Virus record (IMG/VR): IMGVR_UViG_3300046331_000690
Location: 1 to 56,120 of that record
Reading direction: 5' to 3' (one strand)
DNA: 56,120 nucleotides
From: a virus
Lineage: Duplodnaviria > Caudoviricetes
Shown: positions 46,907 to 56,120 of the stretch, piece after piece
Numbering within the stretch: position 1 is the first letter of the stretch
Layout: each line of letters starts with the position of its first letter
Translations under genes and position numbers: made by a program
The notes under the pieces: model-generated
Told to the model about the DNA's origin: nothing
What the model saw: the letters and a program-made list of their open reading frames with translations, nothing else
Database searches by the model: none

Positions 46907-48274
46907 ATGGAAAATAACAATCAAGTAGCAGTAATCGAAAATAGTATCGAGCTGCTAAAAAAAGCACCGCAAATTTTACAGGCTAACCAGATCCGCAAAA
47001 GCAAAGCCATTGAAGTAGGCAACAATATTCTTGTGCAGATTGATAGCGAAGGCATGAATACTGCTATTGATGAAAGAGCAATGAAGTATCTGGCCAATGT
47101 AAACGCTGCCAGCAAGGATATGAAAGAACAACGGGCAGGAGTTACTCAAATAATGGACCAGCTCAAAAAAATGTACACCGAGGTAGAGAATGAATTGGAT
47201 ATTAAAAAGCCCGGAACAATACCTGCACAAATTCAAGAGCACCGGAATAAGTATGCTACTCAATTAGCACAAGAAGCAGCCGAAAAGAAAAGGCAAGCTG
47301 AATTAGTAGCTGCAAAGCAAAAGGCATACATTGAAATTGTCGCAAGTATAGAATCTCAATTTGCACAGTTTTACGGTAATCTTTTACTGGCTAAAAAAAC
47401 AGCAATGCACAACAGCTTTAATCAAATATCACTTGCTGATTTTGGCGAAAAATCAATGAAGTTAAAAGCCTTCAACCCTACCTTAAACCCTGCTTTACTT
47501 AGCGAATTTAAACCTACTGGATATTATTTACAGTATCATTCACAAGGTGAAATTGCAGAAATGATAGTAAGTATCTCTAGTGAAAAAATACCTGAGTATA
47601 GCAATAACTATGTTGCAGAATTGGAAATTGTAAAAGATGAACTAATTGAAAGATTACCATCTAAATTAAATGAACTGAATGAGCAAAAAAGACTGGCAGA
47701 TGAAAGAGCGGCCGAAGCAGAAAGGCAGCGTATTGAAAAAGAAAAATCAGATGCAGCCATTGCAGCCGCCAATGCTGAGCAGCGAAAAATTTTAGAAGCA
47801 AAGGCAGAAGCTGACAGGCTTGAAAATGAACGCAAAAACGCTGAGCTATTAGAACGGCAGCAAAAAGCAGCAGCGGAACAGGCAGACAGAGAAGCAGCAA
47901 CAGCAGCAAGGATCAAAGAAGAAGCCGAAGAGAACAAAAGGAAAGCTGATCTTGATATTGAAGTGAAAAAGCAGGGTGAACAAACGATGGTAATGTTTGA
48001 GCAGGAAGCAGCTACTGCAGAATTGAATGATGGACCATCTACCAGGCAAGGTGTTGAAATTACGGTATTGCACCCGGTAGGCTATACTCAAATATTTGCG
48101 CTTTGGTTTGATGCTGAGGGAAAGAACCTGCCTCTTGATAAACTTGGTAACACAAAACTTGATCAGATGAAAGCATGGTGTGAAAAGAAATGCTTGAAGG
48201 ACGGCACTAAAATAGAAAGTAAGTTTTTAGAGTACACCGATAATTTTAAAGCTGTAAATAAGAAAGCAAAGTGA
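46907..48274 (+). CDS. Coiled-coil protein of the recombination module
   Basis: Long E/A/K/R-rich helix. Confidence 0.6.
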   Translation: MENNNQVAVIENSIELLKKAPQILQANQIRKSKAIEVGNNILVQIDSEGMNTAIDERAMKYLANVNAASKDMKEQRAGVTQIMDQLKKMYTEVENELDIKKPGTIPAQIQEHRNKYATQLAQEAAEKKRQAELVAAKQKAYIEIVASIESQFAQFYGNLLLAKKTAMHNSFNQISLADFGEKSMKLKAFNPTLNPALLSEFKPTGYYLQYHSQGEIAEMIVSISSEKIPEYSNNYVAELEIVKDELIERLPSKLNELNEQKRLADERAAEAERQRIEKEKSDAAIAAANAEQRKILEAKAEADRLENERKNAELLERQQKAAAEQADREAATAARIKEEAEENKRKADLDIEVKKQGEQTMVMFEQEAATAELNDGPSTRQGVEITVLHPVGYTQIFALWFDAEGKNLPLDKLGNTKLDQMKAWCEKKCLKDGTKIESKFLEYTDNFKAVNKKAK

Positions 48275-48939
48275 GTATAATTAAAGATCCATACTATAGT
48301 CGCTCCGAGGTTTCAAACTCCGACCTCGGAGCCTTAGAAAAGTATTTTGAAAGAGATGCCTTTACTATTGACTTAACAGCAGCATTCCGGTTTGGTAGCT
48401 TACTGGATGCTATGATTACAGAACCTGAGCAGGTAGATTACTTTAAAATGACAGTAGCCGGTGAACCAATGCCAAAGGATGAATTTGTAAAGGCTGGTAT
48501 AATGAAGGCAAAGTTTTTTGCAGATCCAATGTGCAAGCATTTGGCCAGTATATCAGAAATGCAAAAGGTTACAATTAAGCATGATTTTGAAATCTGTTAT
48601 GAAGGTATAAACTTTAAATTGGACATGAGGGCTAAGTGGGATTTTTTCGTAAAAGATATTGATATGAGTGGTGACTTAAAAACAACAGCCAGTACCACTC
48701 AGAAACAATTTGAAGATTCAATCAGTCATTATAATTACGACAGGCAAGCTGCATTGTACATGGATCTGGAAGGTAAAACAAACTTCATCTTTTTAGGTAT
48801 TTCAAAAACAGCACCCCATAAGATTTTTAAAGTACCAGTAAAAAAGGGCAGTCCAATTTACAACGCTGGCAAGGCAAAGTACCAGGAGTTAGCATGGCGG
48901 TATTTTTATCTGTTTGGCGATTTAAGTAAAATTTCATGA
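48271..48939 (+). CDS. RecE-like PD-(D/E)XK exonuclease (DUF3799-like)
   Basis: VSNSDL, FGSLLD, RAKWD..GDLKTT and YDRQAALY motifs. Confidence 0.8.
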   Translation: MSIIKDPYYSRSEVSNSDLGALEKYFERDAFTIDLTAAFRFGSLLDAMITEPEQVDYFKMTVAGEPMPKDEFVKAGIMKAKFFADPMCKHLASISEMQKVTIKHDFEICYEGINFKLDMRAKWDFFVKDIDMSGDLKTTASTTQKQFEDSISHYNYDRQAALYMDLEGKTNFIFLGISKTAPHKIFKVPVKKGSPIYNAGKAKYQELAWRYFYLFGDLSKIS

Positions 48940-49388
48940 AGCAAATAACCTTTGAGATTAGAGGCGGCAAAATTATAAACCCTGCTGAAATGCGAGAGCT
49001 ATTCAACACATTGAAAGAAGGTAGGCACCAATTGACAATTAAGGATATGAGAAAAAGAAGCTTACCGCAAAATGATTATTACTGGGGCGTAGTAGTTCCG
49101 ATGTGTAGGCAGGGTTTATATGATGCTGGTTACGATGAGGTAAAAACTTCTTTAGACAGCCACGAAGTTTTAAAGCATTTATTCCTAAAAAAGGAAGTAG
49201 TAAATAAATCAACTGGCGAGGTATTAGTATTAGATGGAAGCAGCAAAGAGCTCACCATCCCGGAGTTTAACGAGTACATAGAAAACATTTGTAAATGGGC
49301 TGCTGAGTACTTATCAATTGCCATCCCTTCACCAAATGAAGCAATGGCAACCTTCGCTGATTATATAGATGAAATTACAGAAAGATGA
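48936..49388 (+). CDS. NinB/DUF1367-like protein
   Basis: KRSLPQNDYYW..HEVLK..SSKELT..EF..YIE. Confidence 0.65.
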   Translation: MKQITFEIRGGKIINPAEMRELFNTLKEGRHQLTIKDMRKRSLPQNDYYWGVVVPMCRQGLYDAGYDEVKTSLDSHEVLKHLFLKKEVVNKSTGEVLVLDGSSKELTIPEFNEYIENICKWAAEYLSIAIPSPNEAMATFADYIDEITER

Positions 49389-49651
49389 AACTTGAAAAAG
49401 ATGTATTCAGTAGTTGTAATCCGAAAAGAAAATATGGAGAGCAGGGCGAAGTAGTAGGAGTTGTAAGTTATCATGGAAGCGTTGCGATAGTAGAGAATTT
49501 ACTAGGTGAAAAGTTTGCAGTAAAGGCCGAATTATTATCCGGTACAGTAGCTGAAAAAACTACAGAGCCTATAATTGAAAAACCAAAGCAATCAACAAAA
49601 ACGGTAAAGGCCAATAAGCCGGCACCAATTATTCAACCATCATTATTTTAA
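49385..49651 (+). CDS. Hypothetical protein
   Basis: Operonic ORF. Confidence 0.6.
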   Translation: MKLEKDVFSSCNPKRKYGEQGEVVGVVSYHGSVAIVENLLGEKFAVKAELLSGTVAEKTTEPIIEKPKQSTKTVKANKPAPIIQPSLF

Positions 49652-49656
49652 GATTT

Positions 49657-50181
49657 ATGGAAAAAGTAAAAATCAAAAAAGCAAAGATCAAAGACGGTTT
49701 ATTCTTAGACGTAGAATTTACAGAGGATTTACCGGGGCACTCAAAAAAAGATACCAAGCTATCCTGTACAGTGCCGGTACATGAAGATTTATTGAAAGCA
49801 TTTGAAAAGCTACCAAAACACCTGGCTATACTTACTGATGCTTTAGCTAAGCCATCCAAAGTAAAAAAGCTGGAAGAGTGGGAGGATGAAGAGCTTACAA
49901 AATTTGCTGTAAAAGGATTTAGTATTGGAGGTAATGACGAGAACGAGGGTGTAACCTTATCAGGCAGTAAAAAAGGTGAATACGGTTTAATCAATCTCAA
50001 TACACCGTTTCAAAAATGGGAAGCCAGCGACTACAAACATATTGGCGATTTAGGCAGCGATATTAACGACTGCATTTATGAAGTTGAGCAATACTTGTTT
50101 GAAGGTAAAAAAGCGCCAGAAAGCCAGCTATCATTATTTGATGATGTAACCGTAACAATTGAAGGAGGTGAGGAAATATGA
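49657..50181 (+). CDS. Hypothetical phage protein
   Basis: 174-aa ORF. Confidence 0.65.
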   Translation: MEKVKIKKAKIKDGLFLDVEFTEDLPGHSKKDTKLSCTVPVHEDLLKAFEKLPKHLAILTDALAKPSKVKKLEEWEDEELTKFAVKGFSIGGNDENEGVTLSGSKKGEYGLINLNTPFQKWEASDYKHIGDLGSDINDCIYEVEQYLFEGKKAPESQLSLFDDVTVTIEGGEEI

Positions 50182-50384
50182 GATTAGCAGCAACGCATTT
50201 TGTAGAGGTTTATGAGAGTGTAAATAAAGTAGAAACGGTTTCAAAACTTTACCCTATAAATGCCATGGCTAAATGCTTATACATATCTAGGGCTATGAAA
50301 TTTAAAACACTTCAAGTTTGGAAAATCAAATTCAAAGAAAATGCCAATCCGGAAAAAGGGGAGTTACCAGAAGGTAAAAAATAG
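50178..50384 (+). CDS. Hypothetical protein
   Basis: ATGA overlap. Confidence 0.5.
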   Translation: MRLAATHFVEVYESVNKVETVSKLYPINAMAKCLYISRAMKFKTLQVWKIKFKENANPEKGELPEGKK

Positions 50385-50455
50385 AACTCCAAAAGAAACG
50401 CCGCTGCCTAAAATTGAGGTTACGGTAAAAGTAAAAGCTTTAAAAACTGTAGAAA

Positions 50456-50935
50456 ATGACTAAAAGAAACTTTAGAGGTAAGGTTTATCATTACGATCAT
50501 GATTGTGGATGGGTGTATGGCTGTTTACATAACGAATGGGAAGGTGGCAGCTTTTTTACACTGATTACTAATATTGACGATGAAAAACCAACAACAAACT
50601 CTTACAATGTTTTAGCCGGAACTGTAAGCCAATCAACCGGAATTAAGGATAAAAACGGCAAAGAAATATTTGAAGGTGACATTTTGATTGATAGAGAAAT
50701 TACAGAGGATGGAATTGATATTAGTAGTTATTGCCCTGTTATTTATAACGAAGCAACAGGAAGTTACTGTATTGATAATTCTTACTACAAAAATGTTCAG
50801 CACCTGGTTAATATGGTTGAGTACTTCGGGATTGGGAATTTAGAAGTAGTTGGTAATGTTTTTGAAAATTATGACTTACTGCCTAAAGTAAACTCACCTG
50901 ATTACATTGAACCAAAAATTGACCTTCCATTTTAA
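50456..50935 (+). CDS. YopX-family protein
   Basis: FRG..WVYG..QSTGIKDKNGKEIFEGDI..EVVGNVFEN. Confidence 0.85.
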   Translation: MTKRNFRGKVYHYDHDCGWVYGCLHNEWEGGSFFTLITNIDDEKPTTNSYNVLAGTVSQSTGIKDKNGKEIFEGDILIDREITEDGIDISSYCPVIYNEATGSYCIDNSYYKNVQHLVNMVEYFGIGNLEVVGNVFENYDLLPKVNSPDYIEPKIDLPF

Positions 50936-51059
50936 AAACAACTGTATGAGAAAGTGGAGCAGGTATTACAGAAACCGAATTAGAGAGGATAGAAAGCCTT
51001 TAATACGCAGGGTAATGTGTTACGTTAATTTCAAAAAATTCATTAATAAAATCTAAAAC

Positions 51060-51377
51060 ATGAAAAAATGCTATATCGCCGGGCAAATATCCGGGGTACA
51101 AATTTCTAAAGCATACAAGAACTTTTTTCTGGCTGAATGTGAACTGGAGAAAATGGGCTATAAGCCTGTAAACCCAATGGCTTTACCACATAAGCACAAT
51201 AAGGAATCGAGCAGCTATATGAGAGAGTGCATAGCTGCCTTAATTGAATGCGATTTTATTTACATGCTGGTAGGATGGGGAGATAGCGAAGGGGCAAAAC
51301 TTGAATATGATCTTGCAGTAAAATTAGGCATCACAGTTTTGTATCAACCAAAAGAAAGTTTCTATGCAAAAGGATAA
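51060..51377 (+). CDS. DUF4406-like protein
   Basis: YIAGQISG..VNP..YMRECI..CD.IYML.GW..SEGAKLE. Confidence 0.8.
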   Translation: MKKCYIAGQISGVQISKAYKNFFLAECELEKMGYKPVNPMALPHKHNKESSSYMRECIAALIECDFIYMLVGWGDSEGAKLEYDLAVKLGITVLYQPKESFYAKG

Positions 51378-51702
51378 TTCATTCCGCAAGGCTTTTTACC
51401 ATCTTAAAATGGCAAACGAATATTTTAGAGATGCACAAAGGGAACACCCTAATAAAGTAAGCGGTGCAGTTGGTAAGAAGTATGGAGACCGCACCGAATG
51501 GATGATGAAAGATTTTAAAAGCAATCCATTATTACCAGGCTTTGCAATTGAGCAATGGAGCAAGGAAATGGACAGCGATATTATGTTTCATGAATCAATC
51601 AGCAGCAAAGCCTTGAACCTTACAGAAAAGCAAAAAGAGATTTTGGAAACTATCATAGACCAGGTAATTGCTGGAGAAGAAATTACAGTTAAAATACAAT
51701 AG
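51364..51702 (+). CDS. Hypothetical protein
   Basis: Operonic ORF. Confidence 0.6.
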   Translation: MQKDNSFRKAFYHLKMANEYFRDAQREHPNKVSGAVGKKYGDRTEWMMKDFKSNPLLPGFAIEQWSKEMDSDIMFHESISSKALNLTEKQKEILETIIDQVIAGEEITVKIQ

Positions 51703-51744
51703 TCAAAAAGAATAAAATTTATACAAAAAGATTTGCAGAGTTGC

Positions 51745-51844
51745 TATATTTGCAACTCAATCACTTAACGAAGTAGTGTCCGATAAGTGATTTATTCACT
51801 CCATTAAAGGGGGCTTTCAGACACTACCTGTTAGCCCCTTTTTT
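51745..51844 (+). promoter_or_regulatory. Promoter plus structured leader (two hairpins with complementary loops; the second is a terminator)
   Basis: TATATTTG at 51745-52; AATCACTTA/TAAGTGATT; GGGGCT/AGCCCC-T6; loops GTAGTGTC and GACACTAC. Confidence 0.55.
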
Positions 51845-51849
51845 AGTTT

Positions 51850-54648
51850 ATGATTGATATAACAGAAACGCCGATTGGCTATCAGGTTGAATTTGAATAT
51901 AAGCCTTGGATAGTGGATGCAGTAAAAAGAATACCCGGCGCACATTTTAAACAGTTAGACGGTAAGAAATTCTGGCACGTTCCTTTAAGTTCCAGTAATG
52001 CTTTATTAAATTGGGCTGCTAAATTAGGTAAGACACCAAAGGCACAAACTGCTGTAGAGATTGGAGAAATAGATCCGCTTCCAGAGCTTACAATTGATAT
52101 TCCACTAAAGATGAAAATGTTTCCGTACCAAGAAAGCGGCGTGGCTTACAATCTTGAAAAAAAGACGGCAATATTAGGGGATCAGCCTGGCCTGGGTAAA
52201 ACGATTCAAGCCATTGCAACTGCTGAGGCTTCCGGGTGTAAATGTATTTTAATTATTTGCCCTGCTACATTAAAAGAAAACTGGAAAAGAGAGATCGAGG
52301 TAAAGTGGACAAATAGCAAAGCATTGATCTTAAGTGATAGCTGTAAAAATACATGGCCAACATTTTATAAGGTAGGTATTGTAAAGTATTTCATCACGAA
52401 TTATGAGAGCTTAAAAAAGTACTTTGTTGAGGGGGTAAATATACCAACAGGCAAAGACGGCAAACCAGTTCCATTGCGTTTAAATCACATCAAATTTAAA
52501 GATACCATTGATCTTTTTGATTGTGTAATTATAGACGAAATCCACAAATGTTTCCCTTATGAAACTAAAGTATCAACAGAAATAGGGCTTTTAGAAATTG
52601 GGCTTATAGTAGAACAAAAGCTGGATATAAAAGTTGCAAGCTTTGACCACAAAAGCAATTCAATAGTATTTAAGAAAATAATAAATCACTGGACAAATGA
52701 GCTTAAAGAAAGAAGTATTTACAAAATCAGGCACGAAAACGGACTGCTCTACGCAACTGGAAATCATAAAATCTATACCGCCAGCGGCGAGTACAAAGAA
52801 GTACATAAAATCAAAAGTGGAGAGATGTTGTATATGTTGCAAGAAAACCTTTCTGACAAAAAAGGCAGGAAAGGCAACTGCAAAATACTGCTCCAGGAGT
52901 TGCTTTGCAAAGACAATAAATGCAGATCCGGAAATAAGGAAGAAAATGGACTTGAACAAAAGAAAGCCGGAAATAGAAAAAATATGTGCTTATTGCTCAG
53001 TAAGTTTTTCTATAAAATCCAACGGCAAGGAATCTGCAAAAATTCGGTTTTGCAGTCAAAGCTGCTCGGCAAAATGGAGAGTAAGAACACCGGAGGCTAT
53101 TGCTGCAAATCAAACGCAGGAGAAAAGGGAAAAAGCAAGAGTGAATGCACTTCGTATAATGAACGAAGGTTCAAGAAGGCAAAAAACTTCACAAAGAATG
53201 ATTGCAAAAAATCCTATGCACAATCAGGAAACAATAGAAAAGCTAAAAAAGGTAATGAGTGGTCGCACATTTCTGGCAAGGGGTGGCAATGGCCAATTAA
53301 CAAAGCAGCAAATAATGCTTTGGGAGGCAATAGGGCTACCGGAATCAGCAATGGAGTTTGCTATACCAACAAGGATCGTGAAGAGTTTATTCAAAAGCCT
53401 ACCAAATTCATACAAGGTAGATGTTGCAATAGAAAATATAAAGCTTGCAATAGAAGTGGACGGGAGTACCCACAGATTAAAAAAATGGAAATTTCTGGAC
53501 GCAAGAAAAACAGAAGTGTTAAATGCGTTAGGGTGGAAAGTATTGAGGTTTACAAACCAACAAGTAACGGAGAATTTGGATTCAGTTCTATTGTCAATAA
53601 AAGAGTTTATGATTTAGAGGTAGCTGATACACATAATTACTTTGCAGATAACATTTTAGTATCAAACTGTAAGGATGGGAAAACAATGCAAAGTAAGCTT
53701 ACAATGGGCATTGCAAAGGGTAAGGAGTACATTTTAGGATTGACAGGAACGCCTGTTGTAAACAAGCCTATTGACTTAATACCGCAACTGCACATCATTG
53801 GCCGCCTTCATAATTTCGGTGGGTACAAAGGCTTTGTAGATAGATACTGTCAAGGTAGAAATCAAGCAAGTAATTTAAAAGAATTGAATTACTTGTTGCA
53901 TAAAAACTGTTTTTATCGCAGGGAAAAGAAAGATGTATTAAAAGATTTGCCCGATAAAATGAGGGAGATTATCAAGTGTACCATCAGCAACCAGCGAGAG
54001 TATGACAAAGCCGAAAATAATCTGGTAAACTATCTCAAAGAAAATTTAGGTAAGACAGATCAGGAGATTAGCGTAAGCCTACGTGGTGAGGTTATGGTAA
54101 TGATTGGTATCTTAAAAAAGATAGCAGCAAAAGGTAAAATAGCAGATGTAATTGAACACATTGAGGAAGTAGTAGAGGCAGGGGAAAAGATTATTGTATT
54201 TGCATGGCACAAGGAAGTAATAGACGAACTGAAAAAAGTAATCACTGGCGCCGTTACCGTTGTAGGTAACGATAGTATGGAAAGCAGACAAAGATCTGTT
54301 GACAGCTTCCAGAATGATCCTAAAGTACAAGTTATCCTATGTAATATTAAATCCGGCGGTGTAGGTATCACGTTGACAGCTTCCAGCCGTGTAGCCTTTA
54401 TTGAATTACCATGGCATCCTGCAGACTGTGAGCAATGCGAAGATAGAGCACATAGGATTGGTCAAAAAGATAGCGTACAGGTGTCTTACTTCTTAGGTGA
54501 TGGAACTATTGATGAAAAGATTTACGAGATCATCGAGAATAAAAGAAACATTGTAAACCAGGTTACAGGGGCAAGTGATGATGTGGAAACGGTAGAAAAG
54601 AACATGGTCGATCAGTTGATTGGTATTTTTTCAAAAGCTAAAAATTAA
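51850..54648 (+). CDS. SNF2-family helicase interrupted by an intein
   Basis: GLGKT, DEIH, LTGTP, GVGITLT and QCEDRAHRIGQ motifs. Confidence 0.92.
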   Translation: MIDITETPIGYQVEFEYKPWIVDAVKRIPGAHFKQLDGKKFWHVPLSSSNALLNWAAKLGKTPKAQTAVEIGEIDPLPELTIDIPLKMKMFPYQESGVAYNLEKKTAILGDQPGLGKTIQAIATAEASGCKCILIICPATLKENWKREIEVKWTNSKALILSDSCKNTWPTFYKVGIVKYFITNYESLKKYFVEGVNIPTGKDGKPVPLRLNHIKFKDTIDLFDCVIIDEIHKCFPYETKVSTEIGLLEIGLIVEQKLDIKVASFDHKSNSIVFKKIINHWTNELKERSIYKIRHENGLLYATGNHKIYTASGEYKEVHKIKSGEMLYMLQENLSDKKGRKGNCKILLQELLCKDNKCRSGNKEENGLEQKKAGNRKNMCLLLSKFFYKIQRQGICKNSVLQSKLLGKMESKNTGGYCCKSNAGEKGKSKSECTSYNERRFKKAKNFTKNDCKKSYAQSGNNRKAKKGNEWSHISGKGWQWPINKAANNALGGNRATGISNGVCYTNKDREEFIQKPTKFIQGRCCNRKYKACNRSGREYPQIKKMEISGRKKNRSVKCVRVESIEVYKPTSNGEFGFSSIVNKRVYDLEVADTHNYFADNILVSNCKDGKTMQSKLTMGIAKGKEYILGLTGTPVVNKPIDLIPQLHIIGRLHNFGGYKGFVDRYCQGRNQASNLKELNYLLHKNCFYRREKKDVLKDLPDKMREIIKCTISNQREYDKAENNLVNYLKENLGKTDQEISVSLRGEVMVMIGILKKIAAKGKIADVIEHIEEVVEAGEKIIVFAWHKEVIDELKKVITGAVTVVGNDSMESRQRSVDSFQNDPKVQVILCNIKSGGVGITLTASSRVAFIELPWHPADCEQCEDRAHRIGQKDSVQVSYFLGDGTIDEKIYEIIENKRNIVNQVTGASDDVETVEKNMVDQLIGIFSKAKN
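52549..53667 (+). mobile_element. Intein (373 aa) inserted after DEIHK
   Basis: Block A CFPYETKV, block B ATGNHKI, blocks F/G VYDLEVADTHNYFADNILVSN, followed by extein Cys. Confidence 0.9.
52697..53617 (+). CDS. Zinc-finger plus DUF559/Vsr-like endonuclease nested in the +1 frame of the intein
   Basis: CxxC..F..YCSRSC and CxxC..F..FCSQSC repeats; YKVDVA..KLAIEVDGSTH..D..K...L...GWKVLRF. Confidence 0.85.
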   Translation: MSLKKEVFTKSGTKTDCSTQLEIIKSIPPAASTKKYIKSKVERCCICCKKTFLTKKAGKATAKYCSRSCFAKTINADPEIRKKMDLNKRKPEIEKICAYCSVSFSIKSNGKESAKIRFCSQSCSAKWRVRTPEAIAANQTQEKREKARVNALRIMNEGSRRQKTSQRMIAKNPMHNQETIEKLKKVMSGRTFLARGGNGQLTKQQIMLWEAIGLPESAMEFAIPTRIVKSLFKSLPNSYKVDVAIENIKLAIEVDGSTHRLKKWKFLDARKTEVLNALGWKVLRFTNQQVTENLDSVLLSIKEFMI

Positions 54649-54651
54649 GGC

Positions 54652-55494
54652 ATGAAGTATATCCTACATGATACAAATGCCATTGATGATGAGAAAATGA
54701 CTGAGCTTTTTTTAGAGTACGGATATGAGGGTATAGGGTTGTTTTGGTGTGTGCTTGAAAAGATTGGAAAGCAAGAAAAACCGATCAAAACCAAGGTGCT
54801 AAAATCACAGTTGAAAGTTGGTAAAAAGCTTGACAAATGCTGGAACTTTATGGAAAGTATCGGCATACTTTCATCAAACAATGGTGAAACTTTCAATGAA
54901 CGAATATTATCGTACAGCGAAACCTACAAGATAAAAAAAGAAAAAAACAAAGAAAAAATTTCACAATGGCGTGAAAATCAAACAGTTGAAAAAAATGTAA
55001 CCGGTTACGAACCTTCTTGTAACCCTCCTAAAGTAAAGGAAAGTAAAGTAAAGGAAAGTAAAGTAAATAATCCTGTTGTTGATGCTATCGCACCAACGGG
55101 AAAATTAGAAATTTTACCTACTGTTTTTTGGAAAGAATTAACAGACGTTTGGTTTAAATTTTATAAAAAATATTACCTCACTGATCCAAGCTTTATAGCA
55201 GCCGAAGGCAAGCAATTAAAATCAATTTTAACACGGCTCGAAAAAAAGACAAAAGAGAAAGGTTTTGAATGGACAGAAAAACACTCAGCAGATTGCCTTG
55301 CTCAATTTCTGGAACGTGCCAGATCAGATGAATGGCTAAGCAGAAATTTTAGCCTTGCAAACCTCGATTCAAAATTTGATATTATCATAACGCAAAAAAA
55401 TGGACAAGCCTCAAACGCAAAACAACAAACTGGAAAAGTTACAGGTGAACAACTCAACCAGGCATTTACTAATTTCTATACACAGCAACAATAA
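54652..55494 (+). CDS. Replication initiator (DUF4373-like N-terminus)
   Basis: HDTNA.DDEKM..L...YGYEGIGLFW.VLE and a KVKESKVKESK linker. Confidence 0.75.
   Translation: MKYILHDTNAIDDEKMTELFLEYGYEGIGLFWCVLEKIGKQEKPIKTKVLKSQLKVGKKLDKCWNFMESIGILSSNNGETFNERILSYSETYKIKKEKNKEKISQWRENQTVEKNVTGYEPSCNPPKVKESKVKESKVNNPVVDAIAPTGKLEILPTVFWKELTDVWFKFYKKYYLTDPSFIAAEGKQLKSILTRLEKKTKEKGFEWTEKHSADCLAQFLERARSDEWLSRNFSLANLDSKFDIIITQKNGQASNAKQQTGKVTGEQLNQAFTNFYTQQQ
55029..55067. repeat. 15-bp tandem repeat in the initiator gene (possible origin iterons)
   Basis: TAAAGTAAAGGAAAG x2 plus TAAAGTAAA. Confidence 0.5.
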
Positions 55495-56050
55495 AATGGC
55501 GATTGCTGATAATTTACAGCAGTTTAAAAATAATGGGGTGGTAAATTTTGCAAATATTCTTTCCATACCATCAAAAGACAGATTGCCTGAATTGGTACAA
55601 ATTCACGGCCAGCAAAAAATTCATGCCTTGTTGGTCATGATGCTGGCAGATTTTGCCAATAGTTTTAATCTGATCCGGCCAATGACACAAGATCAGATGG
55701 TATCAACAGCACTTGAATTAATTGCAACCAGCTATGATGATAACTTAGCTATTGAAGATTTTGCAATTTTCTTTAGTGATGCCAAAAGTGCTAAATACGG
55801 CAAAGTATTAGACAGAATGGATCAGCAAACGGTTTTTGAATTGTTTGAAAATTACCGCCAAAACAGACATAAGGCATACTTACAATCAAAAGAAGAACAA
55901 AACGTAAAATTCAAAGGATATGGCCCATCTGACAGGATTTGTGACGATAGGGAGGAAGAACAAAATGTAATGCGTAAGGAAATGAATAGGTATTATTCTG
56001 AAACTGTAATCAAAACCCATACACATGGCAAGAATCCAACTAGTGACTAA
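55400..56050 (+). CDS. Replication-associated protein (helicase-loader-like position)
   Basis: Follows the initiator; LAIEDFAIFF..AKSAKYGKV motif. Confidence 0.5.
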   Translation: MDKPQTQNNKLEKLQVNNSTRHLLISIHSNNKMAIADNLQQFKNNGVVNFANILSIPSKDRLPELVQIHGQQKIHALLVMMLADFANSFNLIRPMTQDQMVSTALELIATSYDDNLAIEDFAIFFSDAKSAKYGKVLDRMDQQTVFELFENYRQNRHKAYLQSKEEQNVKFKGYGPSDRICDDREEEQNVMRKEMNRYYSETVIKTHTHGKNPTSD

Positions 56051-56120
56051 CACCGATATTTTCTTAAGCCATGAATTTGAATTACCGGCTAAAGAACATG
56101 ATAAGAGCTTTGAGTATAAC
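56025..56120 (+). CDS. 5' part of the 70-aa ORF spanning the window join
   Basis: 32 codons from ATG 56025 to the window end, continuing in frame at position 1. Confidence 0.7.
   Translation, partial: MARIQLVTNTDIFLSHEFELPAKEHDKSFEYN

Larger units (their letters stand above)
1..56120. mobile_element. Temperate tailed phage genome, probably complete and circular, with a Bacteroidota host
   Basis: Terminase, portal, capsid, tape measure, lysis, integrase/attP, CI/Cro and replication genes are all present. The ORF starting at 56025 continues in frame into 1..117. Promoters are Bacteroidota-type. Confidence 0.92.

Noticed and set aside
1041-54896. Many short antisense or off-frame ORFs in the track (e.g. 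1041..1373, 8904..9365, 16113..16379, 30489..30851, 47608..47937)
   Set aside because: They are shadows of long coding genes with no motifs, unlike 52697..53617, which has clear nuclease motifs.
1-56120. Stop-codon reassignment as seen in some Bacteroidota phages
   Set aside because: Long genes are intact and densely packed under the standard code, and TAG, TGA and TAA all act as stops.

Overview
The window looks like a complete, circular ~56 kb temperate tailed-phage genome with a Bacteroidota host. An ORF runs in frame across the end/start join, promoters follow the TTTG-N19-21-TAnnTTTG Bacteroidota pattern, and signal peptides are followed by Gln. Standard modules are present: packaging, tail, head, lysis, lysogeny (tyrosine integrase with an attP matching the 3' half of a tRNA with a CAT anticodon, plus CI/Cro), RecT recombination and replication. 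The most striking feature is at 116-6922. Seven gene cassettes are separated by seven 122-131 bp imperfect-hairpin repeats bounded by AAC...GTT, and the array ends at a second tyrosine recombinase that resembles IntI but lacks its signature insertion. Each cassette's own ends are complementary, as in integron cassettes, but the genes point towards the recombinase. This suggests a phage-borne 'reversed' integron-like system. Other notable features: (i) seven late/fibre-like proteins with Sec signal peptides and many Bacteroidota O-glycosylation sequons; (ii) an unannotated -1 frameshift with a pseudoknot that adds an FNEDFNDDF tail to the tail-tube protein; (iii) an intein in an SNF2 helicase whose endonuclease is encoded in a different reading frame; (iv) a palindromic promoter/operator shared by two late operons; (v) a kissing-loop leader RNA; (vi) a MuF-like protein with a HExxH domain. 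All family assignments come from motif recognition by eye, not database searches.
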